DNA of 30,317 nucleotides from Cyanophyceae cyanobacterium (GCA_050331735.1 JBHJGN010000053.1:1-30317); one strand, 5' to 3'. Positions 17,515 to 27,557 are shown, counted from the first letter of the stretch. Notes: generated from the letters alone by a model not told the origin. Numbers and translations are program-made.

Positions 17515-19884
17515 ATGGCAGTCCGCACAGTAGCGGCTCCCCCGACTCCTTGGTCGAGAGATTTAGCCGAACCCCACATTGATCGAAGTGCTTACGTCCA
17601 TCATTCTGCTAACGTCATCGGCGATGTGACCATTGCAGCCGATGTTATGGTCGCTCCCGGCACCTCGATTCGGGCGGATAAAGGCGCTCCATTTTATATC
17701 GGAGAAGACACCAACGTTCAAGATGGAGTGGTCATTCACGGACTCGAGAAGGGGCGAGTCGTTGGCGATAACGGCCAAGAGTATTCGGTTTGGATTGGTA
17801 AGCAGGCGAGTATCACCCACATGGCGATTGTTCACGGACCGGCTTACGTTGGGCAAAACTGTTTTATTGGCTTTCGCTCGACAATTTTTAATGCCCGCAT
17901 TGGAGAGAACTGTATCGTGATGATGCATGTCCTCATCCAGGACGTAGAAATCCCCCCGGGAAAGTACGTGCCGTCAGGAGCCATTATCACGAGTCAGCAA
18001 CAGGCCGATCGCCTGCCAGATGTAGAGGAGTCAGACCAGACTTTCGTTCGTCATGTCGTCGCCATGAACGAGGCTTTACGCGCTGGCTATCAGTGTGCCG
18101 AAGACTCAACCTGTATGACTTCAATTCAGCATGAGCGCAGTCGCTCAACCAATGGTGCAAGCACAGATAAACAAAATTCTATAGATATGGTACTAGATCG
18201 GGATATAGCCGGACAGGTGCGATCGCTCCTGAAGCAAGGCTGCAACATCGGCATCGAACACGCGACTCCCCGCCGCTTCAAAACCAAATCCTGGCTGACT
18301 GCCGCCGCCCTCGGCAGCAACAGCGAAGGCGAAGTGCTCAGCCAGCTTGAAGCCATGCTGCGGGAGTACCAAGGCGAATACGTTCGCCTGATTGGCATTG
18401 ATCCAGGACACAATCGCCGAGTCGTAGAAAGCATTATTCAGCGCCCTGGGGATTCGGCTATTGAACAGGGCAGCTTAACCTCTGGTTACGGAAGCAGCTA
18501 CGCGAGTCAAACCGATAATGGCAACGGCGCACAACGCCATTCCCGTGCCATCAGCGACGAGAGGGACTGGAGTGCCCAGGTGCGCTCGCTCCTCAAGCAG
18601 GGCTACCACATCGGCATCGAGCACGCCACGCCGCGCCGCTTCAAAACGAAGTCCTGGCTCACCGCTGCCGCTCTCGATAGCAGCGAACGGGACGTGGTTC
18701 GCCAAATTGAAGGGATGCTTAACGAGTATCAGGGGGAGTACGTGCGCCTGATCGGGATTGACCCCGAACGGCGACGCCGGGTGACCCAAACCATTATTCA
18801 GCGCCCTGGAGAGTCCCCGCAAAGAAGCTCGTCGCGGCCTGCTAGCTATGCCAGCCATAGTCAAAGCAACGGGAGACACTACGACGATATCAGCCTCAGC
18901 GACGAGAGGGACTGGAGTGCCCAGGTGCGTTCGCTCCTCAAGCAGGGCTACCACATCGGCATCGAGCACGCCACGCCGCGCCGCTTCAAAACGAAGTCCT
19001 GGCTCACCGCTGCCGCTCTCGATAGCAGCGAACGGGACGTGGTTCGCCAAATCGAAGGGATGCTTAACGAGTATCAGGGGGAGTACGTGCGCCTGATCGG
19101 GATTGACCCCGAACGGCGACGCCGGGTGACTCAAACCATCATTCAGCGCCCTGGCGGTGCGGCAGCTCGCGGACAAAGACATTCCTCCCGCCAGTCTGTC
19201 GACGAAAGCTACTATCGCACTTACACAACCCGCAGCACGGGCGCAAGCTATGAAGTGGCTGAAGTAACCGGTGGTTTAGACAAGCAAACGGTGGAGCAGG
19301 TGCGCTCGCTCCTGAGTCAGGGGTATAAAATTGGCACGGAACATGCCGATAGACGGCGATTTAAGGTGAAGTCCTGGCAAAGCTGTGCTCCAATAGACAG
19401 TACTAACGTCAGCGAAGTGCTGAACATTTTAGAAGCCTGCTGTGCCGAGCACCAAGGAGAATACGTCCGTCTGTTCGGCATCAATCCGCAAGAGAAACGG
19501 CGGGTCGGTGAGACGATTATTCAGCGTCCTAACGACAACAAACCCCACTCGATTGTCGCCGATCCGCCTCGTTACGATAGCGTCACCAGCGGCGCAATGG
19601 AGCAAATGGAGCAGCTCGATCCGAGCCTCAGCCCGCAAACGGTGGAGCAGGTGCGCTCGCTCCTGAGTCAGGGGTATAAAATTGGCACGGAACATGCCGA
19701 CAAACGTCGATTTAGAGCTAAATCTTGGCGGAGCTGTGCTCCAATCGATAGCCGCAGAGAAGGGGAAGTGCTCACGATTTTAGAAGCCTGCTGTGCCGAG
19801 CACCAAGGGGAATACGTCCGCCTGTTCGGCATTGACCCAGAACAAAAGCGACGGGTCGCTGAAACGATTATTCAAAGACCCTAA
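17515..19884 (+). CDS. ccmM: carboxysome scaffold CcmM: gamma-CA domain plus five SSU-like domains
   Basis: AAPPTPWSR, hexapeptide gamma-CA with His ligands ([12 protein letters not shown]), CAEDSTC, and five QVRSLL.QG..IG.EH...GEYVRL.GI....IIQRP modules. Confidence 0.97.
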   Translation: MAVRTVAAPPTPWSRDLAEPHIDRSAYVHHSANVIGDVTIAADVMVAPGTSIRADKGAPFYIGEDTNVQDGVVIHGLEKGRVVGDNGQEYSVWIGKQASITHMAIVHGPAYVGQNCFIGFRSTIFNARIGENCIVMMHVLIQDVEIPPGKYVPSGAIITSQQQADRLPDVEESDQTFVRHVVAMNEALRAGYQCAEDSTCMTSIQHERSRSTNGASTDKQNSIDMVLDRDIAGQVRSLLKQGCNIGIEHATPRRFKTKSWLTAAALGSNSEGEVLSQLEAMLREYQGEYVRLIGIDPGHNRRVVESIIQRPGDSAIEQGSLTSGYGSSYASQTDNGNGAQRHSRAISDERDWSAQVRSLLKQGYHIGIEHATPRRFKTKSWLTAAALDSSERDVVRQIEGMLNEYQGEYVRLIGIDPERRRRVTQTIIQRPGESPQRSSSRPASYASHSQSNGRHYDDISLSDERDWSAQVRSLLKQGYHIGIEHATPRRFKTKSWLTAAALDSSERDVVRQIEGMLNEYQGEYVRLIGIDPERRRRVTQTIIQRPGGAAARGQRHSSRQSVDESYYRTYTTRSTGASYEVAEVTGGLDKQTVEQVRSLLSQGYKIGTEHADRRRFKVKSWQSCAPIDSTNVSEVLNILEACCAEHQGEYVRLFGINPQEKRRVGETIIQRPNDNKPHSIVADPPRYDSVTSGAMEQMEQLDPSLSPQTVEQVRSLLSQGYKIGTEHADKRRFRAKSWRSCAPIDSRREGEVLTILEACCAEHQGEYVRLFGIDPEQKRRVAETIIQRP
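18551..19154 (+). repeat. 259-bp near-identical direct repeat within ccmM (18551-18809 and 18896-19154)
   Basis: Manual alignment shows 4 mismatches, all synonymous. SSUL4 and SSUL5 also share a 66-bp identical block (19284-19349 and 19635-19700). Confidence 0.9.
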
Positions 19885-19993
19885 AACGGTGATGGTAAAA
19901 GATTCAGAAGGCGCTGCGTCCTCATCGGGGATACCCTTAATTGCTAGCAGCCTCTGAATCTTTCCGTCTATAGTATGTGAGCTTAAAGTCTCT

Positions 19994-20548
19994 ATGTCGC
20001 AGTCTCCACAACCTGCTATGCCGGATGCCATCGTTGTTGGAGATGTCATCATTCATCCCAGCGCGGCGATCGCTCCTGGAGCAATTCTTCAGGCTGCGCC
20101 CGACAGTCAAATTATTATTGGCGCTGGCGTTTGTATCGGCACAGGAGCCATTCTACAGGCCTATCAGGGAGTCATTGAAGTCGAAAGCCGGGCCATTGTT
20201 GGAGCTGGAGTTCTCGTCGTTGGAACTGCCAAAATTGGCAGTCATGCCTGTATCGGTGCTGAAACAACTATTTATAACGCTTCTATCGATACCACAGCAG
20301 AGATTCCGCCAAGATCCATTATCGGCGCTCCGTCTCGCCAACGGCACTCTCAAACCGAGACAACGACTCCAACAGATACTGTGGCAACAGAACTGGTTGA
20401 GGAGGCTGTCCCCCCAGAAACCGCCACCGCAGCAACACCAACCGCTTCTCCTCAAAAATCAGTTGTCGGTCAGGTCTACGTCAACAATCTTTTACTTACG
20501 CTTTTTCCTCACCGGAATTCCTTAAAAAACGAGCGCAACGGTCAATAA
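19994..20548 (+). CDS. ccmN: carboxysome protein CcmN
   Basis: GDV.IHPSAAIAPG.IL.A hexapeptide repeats, a Pro/Thr linker, and the C-terminal encapsulation peptide VVGQVYVNNLLLTLFPH. Confidence 0.93.
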   Translation: MSQSPQPAMPDAIVVGDVIIHPSAAIAPGAILQAAPDSQIIIGAGVCIGTGAILQAYQGVIEVESRAIVGAGVLVVGTAKIGSHACIGAETTIYNASIDTTAEIPPRSIIGAPSRQRHSQTETTTPTDTVATELVEEAVPPETATAATPTASPQKSVVGQVYVNNLLLTLFPHRNSLKNERNGQ

Positions 20549-20765
20549 TTTTCCAGGTTTAGCTAAATTAATTCACTCTATTGAATCGGCTTAGACTAGC
20601 TATCGTTTGTTAGTTAATCGTTTGTTGGTGGCTGCCAGGGAAGCTAGTTGGTCTACGACCAGACTGCAATCGACGCTTGTTCTCTAGCTCATAGCTGTAG
20701 AGGTAAACGCTGTCGGCTTGGGATGATCGGGTTTTCTGGAGGGGGAATGCATAATTTCGATTGAT

Positions 20766-20802
20766 TTAATCGAGATATTAATCTTCGATAAAAAAAGTTA
20801 AT
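20766..20802 (+). promoter_or_regulatory. candidate LysR (RbcR-like) sites upstream of rbcL
   Basis: TTAAT-N6-ATTAA (20766-20781) and ATAAA-N5-TTAAT (20788-20802) in an AT-rich promoter region. Confidence 0.35.
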
Positions 20803-21025
20803 ATCTCTTTAAAGAAAATGCAATCTAGCTATACATTATCTCCTGCGAGAATTGCAGTAGAAATAATCAAAACTCATGGTAAAATTAAAAGCTAAAGAAG
20901 TAATTTGGTTTGGGTTTGGGTAGTTTGTAAAAACCAAACATCTCAAAAGATTCTTTGACAATTTACTCTTAACATTGCTCTTGCCATTCAAGAGTAGGCA
21001 TGCCTTTTTATGGAGGAATAACTAC

Positions 21026-22444
21026 ATGGTGCAATCGAAAGCATCCGCAGGGTTTGAGGCAGGTGTAAAGGACTATCGCCTCACTTACTACACCCCGGAC
21101 TATACCCCAAAAGATACAGACATTCTGGCTTGTTTTAGAGTAACGCCGCAGCCTGGCGTTCCTCCTGAAGAAGCTGGAGCTGCTGTCGCTGCTGAATCTT
21201 CTACCGGAACCTGGACAACAGTTTGGACCGACGGACTAACAGACTTAGATCGGTATAAAGGACGCTGTTACGATATTGAATCCGTTCCCGGAGAAGACAA
21301 TCAGTACTTCATGTTTGTTGCCTACCCTCTCGATCTGTTTGAAGAGGGTTCAGTCACCAACATGCTGACCTCAATCGTTGGTAACGTTTTCGGGTTTAAG
21401 GCTCTTAAGGCTCTCCGCCTAGAGGATCTGCGGATTCCCGTTGCTTACCTGAAGACCTTCCAAGGTCCTCCTCACGGCATTGTCGTTGAGCGGGATTTAC
21501 TCAATAAATACGGTCGTCCTTTACTAGGATGTACAATTAAGCCCAAACTGGGTCTATCAGCCAAAAACTACGGTCGGGCAGTTTACGAGTGTCTGCGCGG
21601 GGGCTTGGACTTCACTAAAGATGACGAAAACATCAACTCCCAGCCCTTCATGCGCTGGAGAGATCGCTTCTTGTTTGTGGCGGATGCCATTCATAAAGCT
21701 CAGGCAGAAACTAACGAAATTAAGGGTCACTACCTCAACGTGACCGCTCCTACCTGCGAGGAGATGCTGAAGCGGGCTGAGTTTGTCAAAGAACTCGAGC
21801 TGCCCATTCTCATGCACGACTATCTCACCGGTGGTTTTACAGCGAACACTACGCTGGCAAGATGGTGCCGCGACAATGGGATTTTAATGCACATTCACCG
21901 GGCGATGCACGCCGTGATCGACCGTCAGAAGAACCACGGTATCCACTTCCGCGTGTTGGCGAAGTGCCTGCGGATGTCTGGAGGGGACCACCTTCACTCC
22001 GGTACGGTTGTGGGTAAGCTCGAAGGTGAGCGTAACATCACCTTGGGCTTTGTAGACCAGATGCGGGAAGACTTTGTCGAAGAAGACCGCTCACGGGGCA
22101 ACTTCTTCACCCAAGACTGGGCCTCGATGGCTGGCGTGATGCCCGTTGCTTCTGGCGGTATTCACGTTTGGCACATGCCTGCTTTGGTAGAAATCTTTGG
22201 CGATGATTCCTGCCTGCAGTTTGGTGGCGGTACTCTCGGTCACCCTTGGGGGAACGCTCCTGGCGCTACCGCCAACCGCGTTGCGCTTGAAGCCTGCGTT
22301 CAAGCGCGGAACGAAGGTCGTAGCCTAGCCCGCGAAGGCAACGATGTCATCCGCGAAGCCACTCGCTGGTCTCCTGAATTAAAGGTTGCCTGCGAACTGT
22401 GGAAAGAAATCAAGTTCGATTTTGAAGCGGTGGATACACTTTAA
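21026..22444 (+). CDS. rbcL: RuBisCO large subunit, form IB (472 aa)
   Basis: GGAGG RBS then [54 protein letters not shown]. Confidence 0.99.
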   Translation: MVQSKASAGFEAGVKDYRLTYYTPDYTPKDTDILACFRVTPQPGVPPEEAGAAVAAESSTGTWTTVWTDGLTDLDRYKGRCYDIESVPGEDNQYFMFVAYPLDLFEEGSVTNMLTSIVGNVFGFKALKALRLEDLRIPVAYLKTFQGPPHGIVVERDLLNKYGRPLLGCTIKPKLGLSAKNYGRAVYECLRGGLDFTKDDENINSQPFMRWRDRFLFVADAIHKAQAETNEIKGHYLNVTAPTCEEMLKRAEFVKELELPILMHDYLTGGFTANTTLARWCRDNGILMHIHRAMHAVIDRQKNHGIHFRVLAKCLRMSGGDHLHSGTVVGKLEGERNITLGFVDQMREDFVEEDRSRGNFFTQDWASMAGVMPVASGGIHVWHMPALVEIFGDDSCLQFGGGTLGHPWGNAPGATANRVALEACVQARNEGRSLAREGNDVIREATRWSPELKVACELWKEIKFDFEAVDTL

Positions 22445-22457
22445 TCCGTCCTTGGCC

Positions 22458-22496
22458 GTTAGCCAGTGGAACTCATCTGTGATGCTACTGGCTAAC
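22458..22496 (+). other. rbcL-rbcX intergenic stem-loop (mRNA stabiliser or partial terminator)
   Basis: Perfect 10-bp stem GTTAGCCAGT/ACTGGCTAAC, with no long U tract. Confidence 0.6.
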
Positions 22497-22533
22497 AGCT
22501 TAATATCAGATTAATTGGGACAGGTAAACGTTC

Positions 22534-22914
22534 ATGTATCCAAAAAAAGTTGCCCAAGAAACGGCTCAAGTTTTACAAAGTTATCTTACCTATCAGGCAG
22601 TCCGCACCATTATCGATCAGCTCTCGGAAACGAATCCTTCTCTCGGAATTTGGCTTCGTCAGTACTCTTCTCGAAACCGAGTTCAAGATAGCGAAGCCTA
22701 TCTAGACGGTCTGATGTTGGAACACAAAGACCTAGTCCTGAGAATTATGACGGTTCGTCAACACCTTGCCGAACAGGTGCTAGATTTCCTCCCCGAGATG
22801 GTGCGCACCAGCATTGAGCAGGAAAGCTTAAACCGCCGCCGTCAGCTTTTAGAACGTCTTACCCAGTCTCAATCTTCAGATTCGGAATTAGACATCAACG
22901 AATCCTCCGACTAG
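22534..22914 (+). CDS. rbcX: RuBisCO assembly chaperone RbcX
   Basis: TA.VLQSYLTYQAVR.I..QLSETNP, LVLRIMTVR.HLAE.VLDFLPEM; lies between rbcL and rbcS. Confidence 0.96.
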   Translation: MYPKKVAQETAQVLQSYLTYQAVRTIIDQLSETNPSLGIWLRQYSSRNRVQDSEAYLDGLMLEHKDLVLRIMTVRQHLAEQVLDFLPEMVRTSIEQESLNRRRQLLERLTQSQSSDSELDINESSD

Positions 22915-22931
22915 CACGTACTTAAAACACC

Positions 22932-23267
22932 ATGAAAACATTACCAAAAGAGCGCCGTTACGAAACTCTGTCCTTCTTGCCTCCGCTATCCGACCAGCAG
23001 ATTGCAAAGCAGATCGAGTATATGCTCGATCAGGGCTACATTCCCGCTGTGGAATTCCAGGAAGACCCCAAGCCCACTGACCACCACTGGACTCTGTGGA
23101 AGCTGCCTCTATTCAATGCCAGCAGTCCTCAAGACGTTCTCAACGAGGTACGGGAGTGCCGTTCTGAGTACTCTGATTCCTACATTCGCGTTGTTGGTTT
23201 TGACAACATTAAACAATGTCAAACCGTAAGCTTCATCGTTTACAAGCCCAACGGCAGACGATACTGA
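22932..23267 (+). CDS. rbcS: RuBisCO small subunit
   Basis: [48 protein letters not shown]. Confidence 0.98.
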   Translation: MKTLPKERRYETLSFLPPLSDQQIAKQIEYMLDQGYIPAVEFQEDPKPTDHHWTLWKLPLFNASSPQDVLNEVRECRSEYSDSYIRVVGFDNIKQCQTVSFIVYKPNGRRY

Positions 23268-23400
23268 TGCTATTGGGTTGCAGAGAGCTATTAATTAAGG
23301 AAAGGGCTCAACGGCCTTCTTCCTTTAGCCCTATCTAAACTCACTTGGCAACTCACAAGGCGAATGGAATAAATTGAATGGTTAGCTGAAGGTTAACTCG

Positions 23401-23427
23401 GGTGGCGTAGTTTGCGTCACCTTTTTT
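23401..23427 (+). terminator. rho-independent terminator downstream of rbcS
   Basis: GGTGGCGTA-GTT-TGCGTCACC stem (with G-U pairs) followed by TTTTTT. A weaker hairpin lies at about 23297-23326. Confidence 0.6.
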
Positions 23428-23492
23428 CATGTAGTTACTTCTCACTCCCTAATTCCTAGATCAACCAAGCTTGCTGGACAATGCAGAAAGCC

Positions 23493-23760
23493 AATGTCAA
23501 GCTACCTGGAATGGCTAGTACAATAAAGATTGTCGCAAGCGCTATACGGCTCCGACTCAGTTTGGACTCTACAGGCAAATCTGACAGCCCAAAATCGAGT
23601 GTAGACGCTCCTCATTGGCAAACAAATGCAGTGGATTGATCTCCCGATTCTGAGTCACAAATTTAGTGACGATGAGCTTCCAGTCGTTAAGCAAGGCAAC
23701 CGCTTATCGGTAATGCCATCTGCAAAGGCGATCGCCAAACAACTTTTAGCAATGGGTTGA
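23493..23760 (+). pseudogene. degraded EVE-domain protein gene
   Basis: Pieces in different frames: LPGMA, PTQF, DSPKSSVDAPHWQT, and IDLPILSHKFSDDELPVVKQGNRLSVMPSAKAIAKQLLAMG*. These match EVE motifs (PG, DPTQF, PKS...PRW, RLSV.P). Confidence 0.7.
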
Positions 23761-23874
23761 GCACTGGATTTATAGTGCTGTGCTTGGAGAAGCTGAAAGT
23801 ATTACTGTCAAGCGCTTTTCAATATATAGTGAGTCTTTGCCTACTGCACAAAGCGATCGCACCTCTGCAAATTT

Positions 23875-24693
23875 TTATTTTTTACTCTTACCGAGAAAGC
23901 TTAAACATCTGTTTTTGATTCTGCTACCAATCGTTTTGTAGTGGTATAAAAACCCTGATTTCTTGGTGAGGCATTTTTCATGTACTGGAAGCCAGCATCT
24001 ATGCTTCGAATACAGGGGCTGATTGAGTTTTTTTCTAATAAGGTCGTAGTTTTTATGTCTGCCATGAATAATTTTAACGGACTGATTTAATGTTATAAAA
24101 AAAGGAGTTCTAGCATTCCAAGAATGAGCAAGAACATAAATTTTAGCATCTGATTTGAGCCAAGCTTCCATAAAGGAAGTTTGGTCGTTTTCTCGATGAA
24201 TCTCTTTATTGATTATTTTATTTTGGTAAATATCGAGCCATTCCCTAAAAAGAGTTTCGTTTTTCTGATTTTTTTTAAATGCAATAACTCCAGTATTATA
24301 AGGAGCACAAGCTTTTATTCGTTTTAAAGAACTAGGAGATTTGGCCCAAAAAGGATCTGTTGGATCTGGTGCAATTGCTATATCAAAAAATTCTAAAAGC
24401 TCAAATAGGCTATCACAGCTTTCGCACACGTAGGTATCACTGTCTAGGAAAAGAGTTTCCTGATAAGGGGACGACTGATAAATGTTCTTTACCTTATACA
24501 GTAACCCCTCTTTGCGTGTTTGAATATTGGCTGGCTTGATCACTACGTTATCAAACAGACCAGAATCGAGGTGTTCATCAGTTACAAGGGTAATATGAGC
24601 TTGCTTATCTATCTTTCTCAGGCTTTGAGCTGAGCGGGTGGCTTCTTGAATAAATTGTTTTCCTGTTGCTGTGTATAAATATCCTTTCATCAT
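23875..24693 (-). CDS. putative nucleotide-diphospho-sugar glycosyltransferase (GT-A fold)
   Basis: Y.ATG..F..EA..SA.SLR, SPY.ETLFLDSDT (DxD), YNTGVI.F, DQ.SF, WN.R, KIIHGRH. Visibly AT-rich. Start is probably ATG 24693 or 24690. Confidence 0.75.
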   Translation of the reverse strand: MMKGYLYTATGKQFIQEATRSAQSLRKIDKQAHITLVTDEHLDSGLFDNVVIKPANIQTRKEGLLYKVKNIYQSSPYQETLFLDSDTYVCESCDSLFELLEFFDIAIAPDPTDPFWAKSPSSLKRIKACAPYNTGVIAFKKNQKNETLFREWLDIYQNKIINKEIHRENDQTSFMEAWLKSDAKIYVLAHSWNARTPFFITLNQSVKIIHGRHKNYDLIRKKLNQPLYSKHRCWLPVHEKCLTKKSGFLYHYKTIGSRIKNRCLSFLGKSKK

Positions 24694-24996
24694 CCTAAAA
24701 TTGCCCAATATCGAGATAAGCAGTATGGATTCAGAGCCAGCAGCCTCGCCATCTTATCTTAAGTTGACAGCGCTTTAATACACATACAACACTATTTAAT
24801 AGTTTTATGTTTTTGAGTTTACAAACCAAGGTATGTATTTTTTGTCTATACCAACAAATTTCAGGATTTGCTGACTATTCGCCTGCAAAAGAAAAGCGGA
24901 CAAGCAGAGACATAGCTGAGCGAGTTTTTGAGGCAATATTGTAGCAAACACTGATTGCAGAGCCGCAGCTAGAAAAACAACCGTTCGACGGCTGGG

Positions 24997-25284
24997 TTAC
25001 ATCCGCTTTTTTCCGTAGTTTTGACCGACTGCGAATCGGCGATCGCCACACTTGACTCCTTTTATAGTTCGACATTTTCCATTGACGAAGTTATCGTAGT
25101 TTCCGTCGTCACAGGGCGGAAGAACGATGACATTCAACACGTGGCACCTAGAAAATGACGCTAAGTCCTCTCTTAGATCCATAGTGCGAAGGCGGCCAAA
25201 ACCTGTCGAGGTAAGCCGCCGCCGCTCAAGGGCTGCTCATTCTGCATCGCTCAGCTCCCATAGGTAAGCTTGACGGTGAGCATT
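24997..25284 (-). mobile_element. IS5-family transposase remnant (N-terminal half, decayed)
   Basis: HRQAYLWELSDAE*AAL...GFGRLRTMDLRE (cf. Y..DLSDAEW...GRPR.VDLRE) and, in another frame, SSVAIADSQSVKTTEK followed by an A-run. Confidence 0.8.
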
Positions 25285-25510
25285 GACCCAGGTAAACGGC
25301 TTATTGAAGACCGAACGACAGGTTACAAATTGTTAGAGTGGTTTCTTTGAGCGGTTCAGTAAAAATAAAATTAAGTTCTGATCGAGTATAGTAGCCCTAA
25401 ATGATTGGTGAGAATTCAACTCCCGACTCCCGTTTGATAGCTTTCATCCTCATCACTCAAATAGGTTGGCTGTAGAGACTTAACCTTCACATAGTTGCTA
25501 ACTATTAACG

Positions 25511-25984
25511 ATGACATTTCAAAACATTCTCGTTGCTATCGATCGTTCTCCTCAAGGCGAAGCGGTATTTAAACAAGCCTTAGCATTCGCCAAACACAAT
25601 GAAGCGCACCTCACGCTATTTTACTGTTTACCCACCGACAGCGAAGGCGTTGGTTCCTACAGCGATATGTACGGTCAAGAATTGACCAATTTCTCCAAAG
25701 CGATCGCAGAAAACAAAGAACTCGAAGTTCAAGCAGTCGAGCAATGGCTAGGGCAATACCAGCAACAAGCGTCTGAACAAGGAGTTTCGATTGAATATCG
25801 CTATCACGCTGGCAACACCGACAGAGCGATTTGCGACCTCGCTCGCGATCAGAATATTGATTTAATTGTACTTGGTCGTCGAGGGCGTAAAGGCATCGAA
25901 GAAATGTTGCTTGGTAGCGTCAGTAACTACGTCGTTCATCATGCTCCTTGCTCAGTTTTAGTTGTCCAGGGCAGTAGTGACTAA
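25511..25984 (+). CDS. universal stress protein (USP)
   Basis: FQNILVAIDRS..., AICDLA...IDLIVLGRRGRKG..E.LLGSVSNYVVHHAPCSVLVV. Confidence 0.92.
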   Translation: MTFQNILVAIDRSPQGEAVFKQALAFAKHNEAHLTLFYCLPTDSEGVGSYSDMYGQELTNFSKAIAENKELEVQAVEQWLGQYQQQASEQGVSIEYRYHAGNTDRAICDLARDQNIDLIVLGRRGRKGIEEMLLGSVSNYVVHHAPCSVLVVQGSSD

Positions 25985-26616
25985 TCCTCCAGATTGGAGT
26001 CACTGCGATCTAGCTGCCTCATTTGGGCCAGTCGATAAAAGATAACGAGATGTACAAACATTAAAAGCGGCACAAAATAAAAAGGAATATACATCAGCGG
26101 GGCAGTGACGATAGGAGCCATAGCTGAACTACCAGACAACTGAATGGTTACCCCAGTAACAACTGCCTGAAGCAAATCCGCGACTCCGACAATATTCCAG
26201 AGCAGTAACAAGCGACGACGAAACTGATTGATAGCGGGGAGAAAGCCCACTGCTAAAGTAAGTGCAGTAATAGCGGCAAAAATATCTCCGTATCCTGCTC
26301 GGTCGGCAAATACTGTTGGTAATCCATCTGTGGTGGTACTAGAGACTAAAAAAGCAATGCCCACAAAGCGCACAAAGTGTAAAAGGACTAGGAAACGCAG
26401 CTCCAAGCTAAGCAACCATTCTCGCAGTGGCAGGATAGTAAATCCGAGAACGCAGAGCAAGAGCGTGACACCGACTACATACCCGCCAATCAAAGGAGCT
26501 GGAGCCCCAATCAGCAGTCCGGCATGACCAACAGCGGCAACGCCCAAGAACCATAGCAACAAGATTACGGCAACAAACTTTGCAGTTGTGCGGTCTTCTG
26601 TGGACTGAGAAATCAT
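25981..26616 (-). CDS. uncharacterised integral membrane protein (about 6 TM)
   Basis: Several hydrophobic spans; H.VRFVG, FA..AG.GD, WNIVG..D and IP.Y.VPL...H motifs. GGAGG precedes ATG 26616. Confidence 0.8.
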   Translation of the reverse strand: MISQSTEDRTTAKFVAVILLLWFLGVAAVGHAGLLIGAPAPLIGGYVVGVTLLLCVLGFTILPLREWLLSLELRFLVLLHFVRFVGIAFLVSSTTTDGLPTVFADRAGYGDIFAAITALTLAVGFLPAINQFRRRLLLLWNIVGVADLLQAVVTGVTIQLSGSSAMAPIVTAPLMYIPFYFVPLLMFVHLVIFYRLAQMRQLDRSDSNLED

Positions 26617-26632
26617 GGAAACCTCCAAGTAG

Positions 26633-26646
26633 GTGTATATGCACTT
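26633..26646. promoter_or_regulatory. candidate MarR operator, copy 2
   Basis: GTGTATATGCACTT, identical to 27129-27142, just upstream of the membrane-protein RBS. Confidence 0.65.
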
Positions 26647-26660
26647 TTTGCCGAAAATAT

Positions 26661-27119
26661 TTAGCTAGACCGAGGGAGCTTAGCGACCTCAGACAACTGC
26701 GCCAGTAAAGTCTGCCATCGTGGCTCTCCTAAAAATTCCACTATATCTTTCTGAGCCTGTTCCCAGAGAGGCATCGCCTTTGCTAAGGCTAATTCTCCAT
26801 CAGAGGTGAGACTGATAATGCGAGTCCGCTTGTCTTGACCAGGCTCTATGTCTAGGTAGCCTTCTTTCTTGAGCGGCTTGAGATTGCGAGTTAAGGTAGT
26901 GCGGTCCATGAGCAGAATCTTTGCTAGATCGCTAACGGCGATCGCTCTAACCTTTGCTACGGCAACAAGAACAGTAAATTGGGTAATCGAAAGTTTACTA
27001 GGCTTGAGGATCTCGTCGAAGTGTTGAGTCACAACGCGAGAAACCTTGCGAAAATTAAAGCCTGCACAGGACGATATTACCCGATCTAGTTTTGCTGTGT
27101 TGATGGAAAAGTTATCCAC
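26661..27119 (-). CDS. MarR-family transcriptional regulator (likely start GTG 27119)
   Basis: C..FN.RK.SR.VTQHFD..L.P..L.ITQF.VL, LA..L.MDRTTLTRNLKPL, DKRTR winged helix, A.PLW.QAQ. Confidence 0.9.
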   Translation of the reverse strand: MDNFSINTAKLDRVISSCAGFNFRKVSRVVTQHFDEILKPSKLSITQFTVLVAVAKVRAIAVSDLAKILLMDRTTLTRNLKPLKKEGYLDIEPGQDKRTRIISLTSDGELALAKAMPLWEQAQKDIVEFLGEPRWQTLLAQLSEVAKLPRSS

Positions 27120-27126
27120 AACCAAA

Positions 27127-27156
27127 AAGTGTATATGCACTTATCTTGGTTGTCAA
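27127..27156 (-). promoter_or_regulatory. sigma70-type promoter of marR overlapped by a near-palindromic operator
   Basis: TTGACA (27156-27151)-N17-TACACT (27133-27128). AAGTGTATATGCACTT (27127-27142) covers the -10. Confidence 0.7.
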
Positions 27157-27323
27157 GAATTTGCTTTTCTACGACGGTTACATCAAAGCAGCTACCTCTT
27201 CAGATTTCTGACGGCTGAGCCTAACAAAGTCTTGTTAACGTCATTTGTTGACGATTTTGCATAATATTGTATTTCTAAAACTGAGTTATGGAGGATTGAG
27301 TAATACTGGGAGGAGAAGAAGGT

Positions 27324-27557
27324 TTGTGCCAGCAGCCAACTGCCAAAAAGACTACGCAGAGATTTTTTTGTCCTACCTGTGGAGAGCGGATGTGGAAAGT
27401 CAATAGTGCCAAGAAAGATGGCGTTTTCAGAGAGCAAAATCGAGTGCTCGGACAAAGCTATGGAGTATCGGTACAGACTCTTCTTTTAGAGAACAGCCAG
27501 CAGGTTGAAGAGTTCATCTGTGGCGAACACGGTAAGTTAAGCTTGACGGACGACTGA
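27324..27557 (+). CDS. small putative Zn-ribbon protein, possibly a truncated remnant
   Basis: FCPTCGERMW and EEFICGEHGK supply CxxC and CxxH pairs. The start is uncertain (TTG; in-frame TGA at 27297). Confidence 0.4.
   Translation: MCQQPTAKKTTQRFFCPTCGERMWKVNSAKKDGVFREQNRVLGQSYGVSVQTLLLENSQQVEEFICGEHGKLSLTDD

Noticed and set aside
18475..19182. 235-aa antisense ORF with an internal repeat
   Set aside because: It is a shadow of the ccmM SSUL2/3 duplication and shows no independent coding signal.
19977..20525. 182-aa alternate-frame ORF overlapping ccmN
   Set aside because: The overlapping frame is clearly CcmN; this one has no recognisable motifs.
24833..24996. Protein-like broken frame (CLYQQISGFADYSPAKEK...*QTLIAEPQLEKQPFDGW)
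   Set aside because: Contains a stop and matches no family I recognise; not supportable without a search.
27112..27120. Perfect DnaA box TTATCCACA
   Set aside because: I noticed only this single copy, overlapping the marR start, and no box cluster; probably chance.
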